DNA from: a virus
Taxonomy: Duplodnaviria > Heunggongvirae > Uroviricota > Caudoviricetes
Strand: one strand, 5' to 3'
IMG/VR virus record: IMGVR_UViG_3300029288_000078
Span: 1-54,732 of that record
DNA: 54,732 nucleotides
The notes beneath the pieces were generated by a model. That model was given only the letters and a program-made list of their open reading frames with translations. It was not told where the DNA came from and searched no databases. Below, in pieces: positions 1 through 9,237 of this stretch. Position numbers and translations under genes: made by a program. The stretch's first letter is position 1. Every line of letters begins with the position of its first letter.

Positions 1-36
1 CAGAAAAATAGAATCACCCGTGAGGGCGTACATGGT

Positions 37-1476
37 GTGTTTGCGTTTTATTCGGCTGGGTATGATAAATATACAAACAAAGCGCCTATAGCGAAGTACG
101 ACAATTGTGAATTAACGGATCTAATTGCTAGTAAAAAAATTAGATATTATCCTTTTTTACGGAGCACTTATATACCAAAAGGCAAACGTTATGACTATGA
201 AAAGCGTTGTTCTTATGATGGGAATTTTACGTTTTTAGAAATGCAAGATTATCCAATTATTGTTCTTGATGCTGATAAGAACACGTCAGAACAGGTAAAA
301 AATATTCTTTCTACTACAAATCATTGTTTAAAAGATTATGATTATTTGATTGTTCCGTCTTTATCTGGAATTAAAACTCATATTATCATATGGTTAGATA
401 TTTCGCACATAGAAAGAGATCAATTCAGATACGACAATAACGGTGCGATTTACGGATATAAAAACAGCCAACGGTACGCTGTTTATTGTAAAAAAGCAGA
501 AGAAATCACAACTCAACTTTCTTTAGACACAGGAATTGTTTTAGATAACAACATTACAGGTCATCACGTCGCATATAATCCAGAAGAAATTGGTGCCATT
601 AATGAGTTCTTTAAAGCCAAAAGCCCTTCTTTTGTTTGTATTGATAGGGTAGAAAAAGAAGATGTTTGTTATATAGATGAAGATGGTGTCGTCTATGAAA
701 CTCCGCCTAAGAAAGAAACTCCAGCAACGAAAAAAGAAAAAGAACGACGAGCTAGAAAACGTAAGTATATAGATGAATTATTGCCGTTTTTAAACGAAGT
801 GGATTCGATGTTGTCTGCATTTGAAGAAAACAATGAGTTGATGGCTGATGAAATAATGCATTACGTGATGAAGACTTGTGACGTTCCTGTTTCTAGTAAT
901 AAATATTATAAAAGAGTATTAGAAGTTTTAGTAAACAACAAAGAAATTTTTAAAGACTGGTTAATAGAAAATTGGAACGAGAGTAAAGTTTTTGCAATTA
1001 AAGAAAAAGATCTTGGTATTGGCGTTGTTCAGTTGCTTTCTTGTTTAGGGTTAAAGGGCAAGCGTTGGATGTCTACTTATTTACGTCGTATTTTTATTTA
1101 TATGTTGAATTTAAAGATTAAAGATAAATATATTTACAAGAAAAAAACAAATACTTATGATTTTATAGACGAGGACTTTGCTGACAAAACTTTTTTTAGT
1201 GCAACTTTATTAAAAAAGCATTGGTGGCTTTTAAGGCGTAGGCGCGTGATTATTCCTACAGCGGCAGAACTGGCTGCGGAATTTGGTGGCGGAAATACTT
1301 GGGAATCTATAATGAATTACACTCCTTTTTTAGTAAGCGTTATGGAATTTGATGATGCCATCGAGCTTTTAATCGACGGGCTTGACTTAAGTGATGCAAA
1401 CGATAAAAATAACAGAAGAAAAGACATTATTAAATTTGCCCGTTTTTGTGCTAGCAATCATTACGGCGGAGATTAG
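37..1476 (+). CDS. Putative AEP/prim-pol-like replication protein
   Basis: IVLDAD (DxD) and PSLSGIKTHIII (SxSGxxxH-like) resemble AEP motifs I and II; the frame is open back to position 1, so the true start may lie outside the window. Confidence 0.4.
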   Translation: MFAFYSAGYDKYTNKAPIAKYDNCELTDLIASKKIRYYPFLRSTYIPKGKRYDYEKRCSYDGNFTFLEMQDYPIIVLDADKNTSEQVKNILSTTNHCLKDYDYLIVPSLSGIKTHIIIWLDISHIERDQFRYDNNGAIYGYKNSQRYAVYCKKAEEITTQLSLDTGIVLDNNITGHHVAYNPEEIGAINEFFKAKSPSFVCIDRVEKEDVCYIDEDGVVYETPPKKETPATKKEKERRARKRKYIDELLPFLNEVDSMLSAFEENNELMADEIMHYVMKTCDVPVSSNKYYKRVLEVLVNNKEIFKDWLIENWNESKVFAIKEKDLGIGVVQLLSCLGLKGKRWMSTYLRRIFIYMLNLKIKDKYIYKKKTNTYDFIDEDFADKTFFSATLLKKHWWLLRRRRVIIPTAAELAAEFGGGNTWESIMNYTPFLVSVMEFDDAIELLIDGLDLSDANDKNNRRKDIIKFARFCASNHYGGD

Positions 1477-1518
1477 GAGTCAGTCTCGTGCGACGCTCCT
1501 TAAAAAAAAGGAGACTTT

Positions 1519-2328
1519 GTGCGAAGCGATGACGACATAATTAGAGTAGATGTAGTTAAGAGTTTAGCTCATGCCATTTTTCCAGCAGCGGATGGTTCTA
1601 TAGTTCCTGCATTGTTGGATGAAACAGAGCATCGAGCGTTGCTTCATAATCTTTATCATTCTCCCTCTGAAAAACATGTAAGTTTGGTGTTACCGAGAGT
1701 AAGGCGTACTCAGTTTATTGGCGTGTTGCAGAATTTATCACAAGTTCAGGATTGGGAGTTTTTGGATATAGTTTCGATTGTGTATGAAAAAACGGTGCAG
1801 AGTAATGCTTCATCGTTTGTGCGCAATTCGGAGCCGGGATTTTTGTTTTATAAAAATGCGTTTCCAAATTTAGATCAGACTAAATGGTTTAACCCTCAAT
1901 TTTGCAATTGTTCAACTACTTGGCATTTAGCACCTCAACCGGAGGAGGCAATTCGCCATACGTCGTATCAAAAATTTTGTTGGGAATTAATGTTGCTTAT
2001 GGTGACGTTATCTAAGCCTCTTTATTATGGTCGATTTATTTATGCGCTTCCTATCGATGATAATAATATTTTACAATTCGCTTATTATCATCAAATCCCC
2101 TTGCAGTTGTACGCTGATTCTAATGAAAAAGCGGCATCTATTATCGAACAATACAATGAAGTAAAAGCAAATATGAATCCACGAGCAATCGCAGCTAGAC
2201 GTAAGCGAAAGATAGCTGGAGAGCGTCGTGCAATGGAAAAAGAATATGAAGAAGATGATTGTACAGAAGAAATATCGTTAGGGAAAGAGGAGATTGTTCA
2301 GAATGAAACAAATTGTTATTGGAAGTGA
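1519..2328 (+). CDS. Hypothetical protein
   Basis: 269 aa ORF, AGGAG SD before GTG; no motif recognised. Confidence 0.6.
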   Translation: MRSDDDIIRVDVVKSLAHAIFPAADGSIVPALLDETEHRALLHNLYHSPSEKHVSLVLPRVRRTQFIGVLQNLSQVQDWEFLDIVSIVYEKTVQSNASSFVRNSEPGFLFYKNAFPNLDQTKWFNPQFCNCSTTWHLAPQPEEAIRHTSYQKFCWELMLLMVTLSKPLYYGRFIYALPIDDNNILQFAYYHQIPLQLYADSNEKAASIIEQYNEVKANMNPRAIAARRKRKIAGERRAMEKEYEEDDCTEEISLGKEEIVQNETNCYWK

Positions 2329-3916
2329 AGCAAGACAAAACGCAGTTAATTCATTAGAGTTTATTGCAAAAGCAGTAGGAACGACACTTGGGCCTAAAGG
2401 CTTGTCGTTTATTTTAGAGAGGAATAATTCGCTTGATGGGAATCCAAGTGCGGTGATTTCTAAGGATGGTATTTCTGTAATGAAATCTTTTAATTTTACA
2501 GATCCTATTCAACATGCAGTACATAATTTTTGCGTACAGGCGTCGAGTCATACTGTTTATAAAGCTGGGGATGGCACGACCAGTACTATTGTTTTAGCCG
2601 CAGAAATAGCCAAGGGTATTTTACAAGCAGCACCTGAACGGCCACAAGCGTTTGCACGCGAAATTCAATTACAAGCGAATCGAGCAATTGAGGCGATAGC
2701 AATTGAGGCTGACAAATCTCCTGAATTAGCTGAAATGGTTGCGTTGACATCCTCTAATGGCGACGCTGAAATGGTTAATTGGGTAATGCAGGCCGTGAAA
2801 GACAATCCTATTTTTGGATCTATTATTATCGAACGTAGCCCATCAGAATCTGAACGATATAGATTAATTAAACAAGACGGATTAACAGGTGGACGCGGTT
2901 ATAACCAGCATTTACAATTTGCACATTCGTTTTCTGAAAAGCCCGCAGAGAATGCACCTTTCGAGGTAGATAGCCCTTACATCCTTTTGTATGATGGCGA
3001 TTTAATAAGTCAGACTCAAATCGCTCCTATTCTTAACATCTTAGCAACTCAGCTTGTTTCTCCTTGGAGTTTGGTGATCGTGGCGTATGAAATCGGTCAG
3101 GAAGTGGCAAATGCTTTGGCTGAAATTAATTTAAGACAAAAAGCAAATGGTATTAAAATTTGGGCTAGTTCTATTCGGTTAACTGCGGAAGTAAATTCTG
3201 GTTGGCATAAGTTACAGGACATTTCCTCGTTTACAGGTGCTCCGATAATTAATCACAGTAATGCAGAAACTATTACTCGTTATTATCTTGGTCAGTGTTC
3301 TAAGGTGCAGGTTACTCCAGAGAAAACTATTTTTATGGGTAGAAGTTCAAGTCATTGGATACCTAAACGCGCAATGCAAAACGAAAATGGAATTGAAAAC
3401 GCTGCAACCGAATTGGACAAGGAAAGAATTCGAGAACGTAACGCTGAATTAGTGTCTGGCCTCGTTAAGCTCGTTGTAGGCGGCGGGCATATGGCAGGTA
3501 TAGGCGAACGTGCAGACCGTTGTGACGATGCTATTAAGGCAGCTCAAGCGTGTTTACGTAGTGGTGCCCTTCCAGGTTGTGGCGCGGCATTTATACGCGC
3601 AGGAGAGTTGGCAAATGTTGGTGCAGAATTAAAAACTGCTTTTGGCTGTATTCATAAACAGATTATGGATAATTTTGGAACAACGCCAATGGAGAAGTTT
3701 GCTAAAGATGAAACTGCTGCAATTACTGAAAATGGATCTGTAGTTGTAGGTGATTTTAGGCAGTTGAAAGTTGCAGATTCTTACGATACTATATCGGCTG
3801 TAATCAAAAACGCAACGGAATTAGGTATTTTGTTTTCTACTTTAGGTGGGTATTCCTTAACAGGTGACTTACATGAGATAGAGCAATTACAACGTGTAAA
3901 AAATCTGATGGGGTGA
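2303..3916 (+). CDS. groEL: Phage chaperonin, GroEL-like
   Basis: TLGPKG, ISKDG, AGDGTTS and GALPGCG motifs; start moved to ATG 2303 (GAGGAG upstream). Confidence 0.93.
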   Translation: MKQIVIGSEARQNAVNSLEFIAKAVGTTLGPKGLSFILERNNSLDGNPSAVISKDGISVMKSFNFTDPIQHAVHNFCVQASSHTVYKAGDGTTSTIVLAAEIAKGILQAAPERPQAFAREIQLQANRAIEAIAIEADKSPELAEMVALTSSNGDAEMVNWVMQAVKDNPIFGSIIIERSPSESERYRLIKQDGLTGGRGYNQHLQFAHSFSEKPAENAPFEVDSPYILLYDGDLISQTQIAPILNILATQLVSPWSLVIVAYEIGQEVANALAEINLRQKANGIKIWASSIRLTAEVNSGWHKLQDISSFTGAPIINHSNAETITRYYLGQCSKVQVTPEKTIFMGRSSSHWIPKRAMQNENGIENAATELDKERIRERNAELVSGLVKLVVGGGHMAGIGERADRCDDAIKAAQACLRSGALPGCGAAFIRAGELANVGAELKTAFGCIHKQIMDNFGTTPMEKFAKDETAAITENGSVVVGDFRQLKVADSYDTISAVIKNATELGILFSTLGGYSLTGDLHEIEQLQRVKNLMG

Positions 3917-3919
3917 TTT

Positions 3920-4285
3920 GTGAGTGAAGTGATTATAAGTTCGTGGACTTTGGATGAAATTAATGAGGATTTAGCTGATCGTTTTTCTGATAAGCCGGCA
4001 GATTATGTGTCTTGTGAAATGACAGATTTTGTAGGAAAGCATGTAGCACAAACTCGGTTTTTTAAATTATCTCCTAAGAAAACAGTATGCTTGTTGACTT
4101 TTAAAAATGGATTTGATGTCATTGGTTATTCTGGCTGTATAAATCCAAAACATTACCGTCGAGATATTGGCAGTAAATATGCATTAAAAACAGCGGTGGA
4201 CAAAGCGTCGGAATTGATTGCATATCAAGAACAAAACAAATTAGCGGCAGGCAGTGAAGACGTTGCTTATGATACACCAGCATAG
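3920..4285 (+). CDS. Phage Gp49/Gp66-family protein (possible Acb4-like nucleotide sponge)
   Basis: TVCLLTFKNGFDVIGYSGCINPKHYRRDIGSKYA matches the Gp49-family signature. Confidence 0.7.
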   Translation: MSEVIISSWTLDEINEDLADRFSDKPADYVSCEMTDFVGKHVAQTRFFKLSPKKTVCLLTFKNGFDVIGYSGCINPKHYRRDIGSKYALKTAVDKASELIAYQEQNKLAAGSEDVAYDTPA

Positions 4286-4297
4286 GAATATATAGGA

Positions 4298-4654
4298 ATG
4301 ATTTTTTTACAATTAATATTATTGCAAATCAAACATTTATTGTGTGATTTTTTCTGGCAGAACAGTTACATGTTGGGTAAGTTTAAAAAATACCCTGATT
4401 TTATAATGCCTTTATATATGCACTGTTTGGTTCATGCAACTGCTACGGCTCTTTTTTGTTTCATGTTTAATTGGCCTGCTTGGTTTATCTTTTTGGATTT
4501 TGGAACTCATTTTATTATTGATCGACTTAAAGCTGCTCCAAACTTAGGTGGGCGGTGGAAGCCAGATCAGTCAGCGTTTTGGAATGCTTTGGGTGTAGAT
4601 CAGATGGCGCATCATTTAATTGCAATATTGATGGTTTATTTGGGAGCAAAATAA
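4298..4654 (+). CDS. DUF3307-like membrane protein
   Basis: HLLCDFFWQ, HCLVH, HFIID and DQMAHH motifs with hydrophobic helices. Confidence 0.8.
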   Translation: MIFLQLILLQIKHLLCDFFWQNSYMLGKFKKYPDFIMPLYMHCLVHATATALFCFMFNWPAWFIFLDFGTHFIIDRLKAAPNLGGRWKPDQSAFWNALGVDQMAHHLIAILMVYLGAK

Positions 4655-4655
4655 A

Positions 4656-4949
4656 ATGGATACTTTTATAATCAAATCACCGGAAGTAAAAAACACAATT
4701 GAATATTTAAATACAGTTACTGCCATACAAGATGCGTTACAAGATTTTGTAGATTCGGCAATAACCAAACAAGGTATGCAAAAAATTAAAACTGCAATTA
4801 GTTCTTTATTGATGATGCGATATCCACAGGAAACAGGATTAGAAGTGAATGTAACTCAAGATATAGAAAGTCCTAATAGGGTAAATGTTCATCCTGCAAA
4901 TTATCGAACAAAACAACTTTTTGACTCTATATTGAAGGAAGCTGTGTAA
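4656..4949 (+). CDS. Hypothetical protein
   Basis: 97 aa ORF, GGAG SD, packed in operon. Confidence 0.6.
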   Translation: MDTFIIKSPEVKNTIEYLNTVTAIQDALQDFVDSAITKQGMQKIKTAISSLLMMRYPQETGLEVNVTQDIESPNRVNVHPANYRTKQLFDSILKEAV

Positions 4950-5446
4950 TGGATACGGAATGGATAAAACTAAAAACGATTACTGATGAAGAGACTAATA
5001 CAAAGTCTATGGATATCGGTGCAGGTAAGATAACGTGGCCAGCAACCGTTTTGCATCATTATAGAGATGTTGATTCCATGTGTAGTCGCATAACATATAC
5101 AGCAAGAATGGAGCTGGAAATTCCACCGACTGCGATATTGACAGATGCGTTAGATAAGATGATTAGAAACGAGACACTGCTTTTAAAAGTTGGATTTGCG
5201 GTATTGCATCCTGAAGATCATTTTTGTAAAAAAACTGGTAGAGAGATTGCAAAAACTAAAATGGAATATTGTCATTTTAAGATATTGTGCATAGATAACA
5301 GAAAAGTTAGTTGTTATCGACCCGCAGATTGTGTGGTTTTGTCGCTAGAGGTTTCTGAGATTAATAAGCATTTGCCTCATCGTTTGTTGTTAGAAACTCA
5401 TATGGAATTGCATTTTTATTCAAGTGGCAAGGTGATTTTGTGTTAA
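4949..5446 (+). CDS. Conserved phage hypothetical protein
   Basis: GFAVLHPEDHFCKKTGREIA motif typical of a widespread phage domain. Confidence 0.55.
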   Translation: MDTEWIKLKTITDEETNTKSMDIGAGKITWPATVLHHYRDVDSMCSRITYTARMELEIPPTAILTDALDKMIRNETLLLKVGFAVLHPEDHFCKKTGREIAKTKMEYCHFKILCIDNRKVSCYRPADCVVLSLEVSEINKHLPHRLLLETHMELHFYSSGKVILC

Positions 5447-5751
5447 AAAAATGGAAATGCTCTTTTTGTGGGCAACTAATCTTAGCCTTTGAAGATGATA
5501 TTAAAACCCGTAATTTATCTTCTTTTTGTGTAATAAATCATGGCGATACTTGCACACCTCAGCATGATTGCAATTGGTTCGAACTGCGTACTTACACTCA
5601 ATCTACTTTGCATGGTGAAGCTGGTTTTATGACAGAGGGTACGGTTTTGGATTCTACAGATAGCATCCATGATTATGAAAAAGTTTGTACTCAAAACGCG
5701 GCTGATGCAAGAGAATTGCGTAGCTACCTTGACGCTCGTCGAAACTCGTAA
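5440..5751 (+). CDS. Hypothetical protein with CxxC
   Basis: 103 aa ORF overlapping the upstream stop. Confidence 0.45.
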   Translation: MLKKWKCSFCGQLILAFEDDIKTRNLSSFCVINHGDTCTPQHDCNWFELRTYTQSTLHGEAGFMTEGTVLDSTDSIHDYEKVCTQNAADARELRSYLDARRNS

Positions 5752-5757
5752 TACTCT
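5729..5757 (+). promoter_or_regulatory. Sigma70-like promoter of the helicase gene
   Basis: TTGACG-N17-TACTCT. Confidence 0.6.
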
Positions 5758-5787
5758 TGGGCAAATTAAATCCAGAGGAAACATATT

Positions 5788-7176
5788 GTGAGTAAGTTTT
5801 CACCAAAAAATCTTCAAGCAGTTATTATTCGTTTAATTAAAGAACCTTTTTTAATAGAAAAGTTTTATGATAATTTGCATCCTGAAGATTTTGTATTAGG
5901 GCAGCAGGATATTCGCAAGCAGGCGTTAGGTCGAATGATTGACGTGTTGTTGACGTATTATAAAGAAAAGTCATTAGATAATTTAAACATCACATCGTTT
6001 CAAGCGCGTCTTAATAGTTATGCTGATTCAGAAATCAATGATGAGGCACGCCGTCAGTTTATAGAAATGTTAGCTGATAATGAGTTAATGGAAATTTCAG
6101 CGAATGATGGTGTGCTGGAAGTGTTTATGGAAATAATGCAAAGAAATATGACTTTGCGTTGGTTTTCAGATTTCAAGCGTCAATTTTCCAATCATGATAT
6201 GAAGAACGCTATTACACATGGGCGAGAGTTTTTTGAAAAAGTAGAACAGGTAAAAATTAAAGATGAAGCTGATTTTGATTATCGTGAAGTTGACACTTTA
6301 TTTGATTCAGAAAAGTTTTCTCCCGAACTTTGTTTAGCTACGGGTTTACCGGAATTAGATACCGCTTTATGTGGAGGTATGGAGCCGTCTACGTTGTCTG
6401 TATTTGTAGCGCCTCCAGCGGGTGGAAAAGGCATGAGTTGTTCTCATATAATTCAAAACTGCATTAAACAAAAGAAATATGCGCATGTGACTATTGTAGA
6501 AGATCGTAAAAAAACTTTTCTTCCTAGAGTTCTTTCGGGAATTTGCAATATCTCAATAACAAGACTTAAAACTGAATTTAATCAACTTACGCCGGATGAA
6601 ATGAATAGGTTTAATACAGCTGTGCGTTTGATGCGTACTTATATAAAATTAGATTTTCTTTATGATTCTACGGTTGCTGAAATTCATCAACGCAAATTAC
6701 AGTGGTTAAAATATTGTAAATTACACAATCTGCCCTTGCCTACGGTAGACATCTTGGATTATTCAGGTCATGTGGCGTGTACTTCTGCTGGCGATAAGAC
6801 GCATGATAAGTATTTAGCTGCATATGCTACGAGAAAAAATTACGCCCTTAAACATGGGATTATTGGTATTGATTTTGCGCAAGTGAATAGAGATGGTTCT
6901 AAAAAAGCTGCGGGTGATGGGATTATTACTATGGATGACTTGGCGAGTGCCTTTGACTTGGCTCGTGTTTGTGATAATATTTTTACCATTAACCGAAACG
7001 ATGATCATAAAATACAAAACAAAGCGATTATTTATATGGCAAAAGTTAGAGATGCGGGCAAGGTTGCTGGGTTTAAATTCGAGGTTCCAACGGACTTTGA
7101 TCGTGGACGGTATTGTATGGAAGATGCAATTAATTTAAGCAGAATAAGCAGTTCAATAACAGGGGCAAAGAAATGA
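5788..7176 (+). CDS. dnaB: DnaB-like replicative helicase
   Basis: TGLPELD, variant Walker A APPAGGKG, ILDY, AQVNRDG and KVRD motifs. Confidence 0.85.
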   Translation: MSKFSPKNLQAVIIRLIKEPFLIEKFYDNLHPEDFVLGQQDIRKQALGRMIDVLLTYYKEKSLDNLNITSFQARLNSYADSEINDEARRQFIEMLADNELMEISANDGVLEVFMEIMQRNMTLRWFSDFKRQFSNHDMKNAITHGREFFEKVEQVKIKDEADFDYREVDTLFDSEKFSPELCLATGLPELDTALCGGMEPSTLSVFVAPPAGGKGMSCSHIIQNCIKQKKYAHVTIVEDRKKTFLPRVLSGICNISITRLKTEFNQLTPDEMNRFNTAVRLMRTYIKLDFLYDSTVAEIHQRKLQWLKYCKLHNLPLPTVDILDYSGHVACTSAGDKTHDKYLAAYATRKNYALKHGIIGIDFAQVNRDGSKKAAGDGIITMDDLASAFDLARVCDNIFTINRNDDHKIQNKAIIYMAKVRDAGKVAGFKFEVPTDFDRGRYCMEDAINLSRISSSITGAKK

Positions 7177-7622
7177 AAAAAAGATTAGGTTTTGTAAGTA
7201 ATAGTTCAAGCAGTTCTTTTATTGTAATTGGCACTGCCCCGTTTCCTGCTAATTTGCCAGAAGAAGTGATTATCGGACAAGAAGGCGAAGTGGAATTTGG
7301 TTGGGGTCCGACAAAAATAACGGACTTTCATAGTCGAGTTAATTTTGCATATATACAAACGCATTATGTAGATAAAGAAACAAAAGAAAAATGGTTACAA
7401 ATGTTACAGGATGCTTTGGAATCAGAAGGAATCAGAATAACAGGTAATGTAATCATTGATTGGTGTGGCAGTGAAACGGCACAAACAAGATGTGGGTATA
7501 TAGATCATCAATCGAATGCGGGCGAAGGCGAAAATACAGAAATTTTTGATGGAGAGATGTCGTTGAAACAGTTTTTGTTTGCCCCAGATTCTTTTATTCA
7601 GCTAGACAATGACAATAACTAG
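7173..7622 (+). CDS. GFVSNSSSSSF-leader protein 1
   Basis: N-terminus MKKRLGFVSNSSSSSF; ATGA overlap with the helicase stop. Confidence 0.85.
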   Translation: MKKRLGFVSNSSSSSFIVIGTAPFPANLPEEVIIGQEGEVEFGWGPTKITDFHSRVNFAYIQTHYVDKETKEKWLQMLQDALESEGIRITGNVIIDWCGSETAQTRCGYIDHQSNAGEGENTEIFDGEMSLKQFLFAPDSFIQLDNDNN

Positions 7623-7631
7623 GAGAGTTTA

Positions 7632-8012
7632 ATGTCAAAAAAAAGATTAGGTTTTGTAAGTAATTCTAGTAGTTCTAGTTTTTTATTAGGCTGTACAAAA
7701 GAATTTACGAAAGAAGAATTTAAAAAATTTATATTAAACCGTCCTGAGCTTACCGATCGTATTTTAAATAAAATTATTGATCGACTTGTAACTGGTGTTT
7801 TTAATGGACGATGCGAAACGATCAAAGAATATGTGGATGATTACGGAGAGATGACTGATTTTGCGCAGCTTTGTATTAACAGAGGGTGTGAACTTATTCG
7901 TTGTGTGAACTTCTCTAATGAATATGATGGCATTGATTTTGTATTGTGCGATTCACTAGAAATTAATCACGATGAAGTTGAAATAGTCATCCAGAAAGAC
8001 GCGAGTTATTAA
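7632..8012 (+). CDS. GFVSNSSSSSF-leader protein 2
   Basis: N-terminus MSKKRLGFVSNSSSSSF; AGGAG SD. Confidence 0.85.
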   Translation: MSKKRLGFVSNSSSSSFLLGCTKEFTKEEFKKFILNRPELTDRILNKIIDRLVTGVFNGRCETIKEYVDDYGEMTDFAQLCINRGCELIRCVNFSNEYDGIDFVLCDSLEINHDEVEIVIQKDASY

Positions 8013-8285
8013 ATGTCAAAAATCCGTTTGGGCTTCGTTTCTAATAGTTCAAGTAGTTCTTTTATTATCAAGAAGCAAGGATTAACTGCTAAACAAATAG
8101 AGAGTTTAGTTTGTTTTCAGCACATGATTGTAGATGAAGTTCCTGAAGATTGGGAAGATGCGGATTCTTGGGAAGTCAGGGAGCATGGCGATTATTTATT
8201 TTTTGACACCTGCATGGATAATTTTAATTTAGTTGGTTTTTTGCAGGCAAAAGGTTTTATATTACAAGACATTGAGAGGGATTAA
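8013..8285 (+). CDS. GFVSNSSSSSF-leader protein 3
   Basis: N-terminus MSKIRLGFVSNSSSSSF; abuts the previous stop. Confidence 0.85.
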   Translation: MSKIRLGFVSNSSSSSFIIKKQGLTAKQIESLVCFQHMIVDEVPEDWEDADSWEVREHGDYLFFDTCMDNFNLVGFLQAKGFILQDIERD

Positions 8286-8286
8286 C

Positions 8287-8730
8287 ATGGACGAGAAATT
8301 AGAACTAGAACTTAAAGCAAAATATCCGTTGGTGTTCCACGAAATGTTCAATTCCGATATACGCCGCTCTTGTATGGCAGGAGGTATTGAGTGTGGCACA
8401 GGATGGTATGGGATAATTGAGGAAGCTGCTAGTAAACTCGAACCATTAATAGAGCAATGGATAAAAGACAATCCTAAGCCTGTTGACGATGAATGTTGGA
8501 GTTTTCCTTGTGCTGCACAGATAAAGCAAAAATTTGCAGAGTTAAGATTTTATTTGAATAGTGGTACAGAGGAAATGCATAGAATTGCTGGTGAAGCAGA
8601 AGCAAAATCTCATACAATTTGCGAAGGATGCGGCAAGACAGGTGCTGTTAAAGGTCGTGGTTGGGTTTATATAGCTTGTGAAGAATGTGAGGCAAAATAT
8701 GAACAAAACAGAAACAAAGCTAACGGATGA
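8287..8730 (+). CDS. Conserved phage protein with C-terminal zinc finger
   Basis: ECGTGWY, QIKQKFAELRFY and CEGCG...GW..AC pattern; start moved to ATG 8287. Confidence 0.7.
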   Translation: MDEKLELELKAKYPLVFHEMFNSDIRRSCMAGGIECGTGWYGIIEEAASKLEPLIEQWIKDNPKPVDDECWSFPCAAQIKQKFAELRFYLNSGTEEMHRIAGEAEAKSHTICEGCGKTGAVKGRGWVYIACEECEAKYEQNRNKANG

Positions 8731-8935
8731 AAATGCAACTGTTGTAAATCTTGCAACAGTTGAAGATGCCTTAAAAGCGGCAAAGTTAATGTTAGTTGAA
8801 GAAACAAAAAAGAATTTCAGACTAAAAGATACTTTTGCTGAACAATTTGGCAAAGAATTCGATGAAAAAGAAATTGAAGAGGAAATCCATGACAGGCAAA
8901 AATCAAATTCCGATGTTGACGGTAGCGCAGTTTAA
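8699..8935 (+). CDS. Hypothetical protein
   Basis: ATG 8699 with GAGG SD. Confidence 0.5.
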   Translation: MNKTETKLTDENATVVNLATVEDALKAAKLMLVEETKKNFRLKDTFAEQFGKEFDEKEIEEEIHDRQKSNSDVDGSAV

Positions 8936-9164
8936 AGCTTTAGACAAACAAATAATGGCAGCTCTTACAGAGATGGGGCCTGATTTTTCGGTTTGGCTTT
9001 ATAATATGAAAAAAGCTGATAATTATTTTAAATTAAGATTTGCCGGCGAAGATTGTGATTTTGGTTTTGATCTGGTTTTTCGTAAACATGATGCGAATCC
9101 TGATATAGTTTGCCAATCATGTGGGCAAACTCACATTACGGGCACAGTCGAATCAATTAAATAG
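8889..9164 (+). CDS. Hypothetical protein
   Basis: ATG 8889 with GAGGA SD; C-terminal CxxC. Confidence 0.5.
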   Translation: MTGKNQIPMLTVAQFKALDKQIMAALTEMGPDFSVWLYNMKKADNYFKLRFAGEDCDFGFDLVFRKHDANPDIVCQSCGQTHITGTVESIK

Positions 9165-9174
9165 CCTCTCCTAC

Positions 9175-9203
9175 TTGTAATCCTAAAACAATTCTTTTAT
9201 TCT
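9175..9203 (+). promoter_or_regulatory. Sigma70-like promoter of sbcD
   Basis: TTGTAA-N17-TATTCT. Confidence 0.55.
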
Positions 9204-9237
9204 TTCTCCAGTAAATAAAGTATATGGAGAAACAACA

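Noticed and set aside
9211-9220. T4-type late promoter TATAAATA in hairpin loops (GTAAATAA here, TATAAATC near 25015)
   Set aside because: Matches are imperfect in AT-rich DNA and are not seen before the structural genes.
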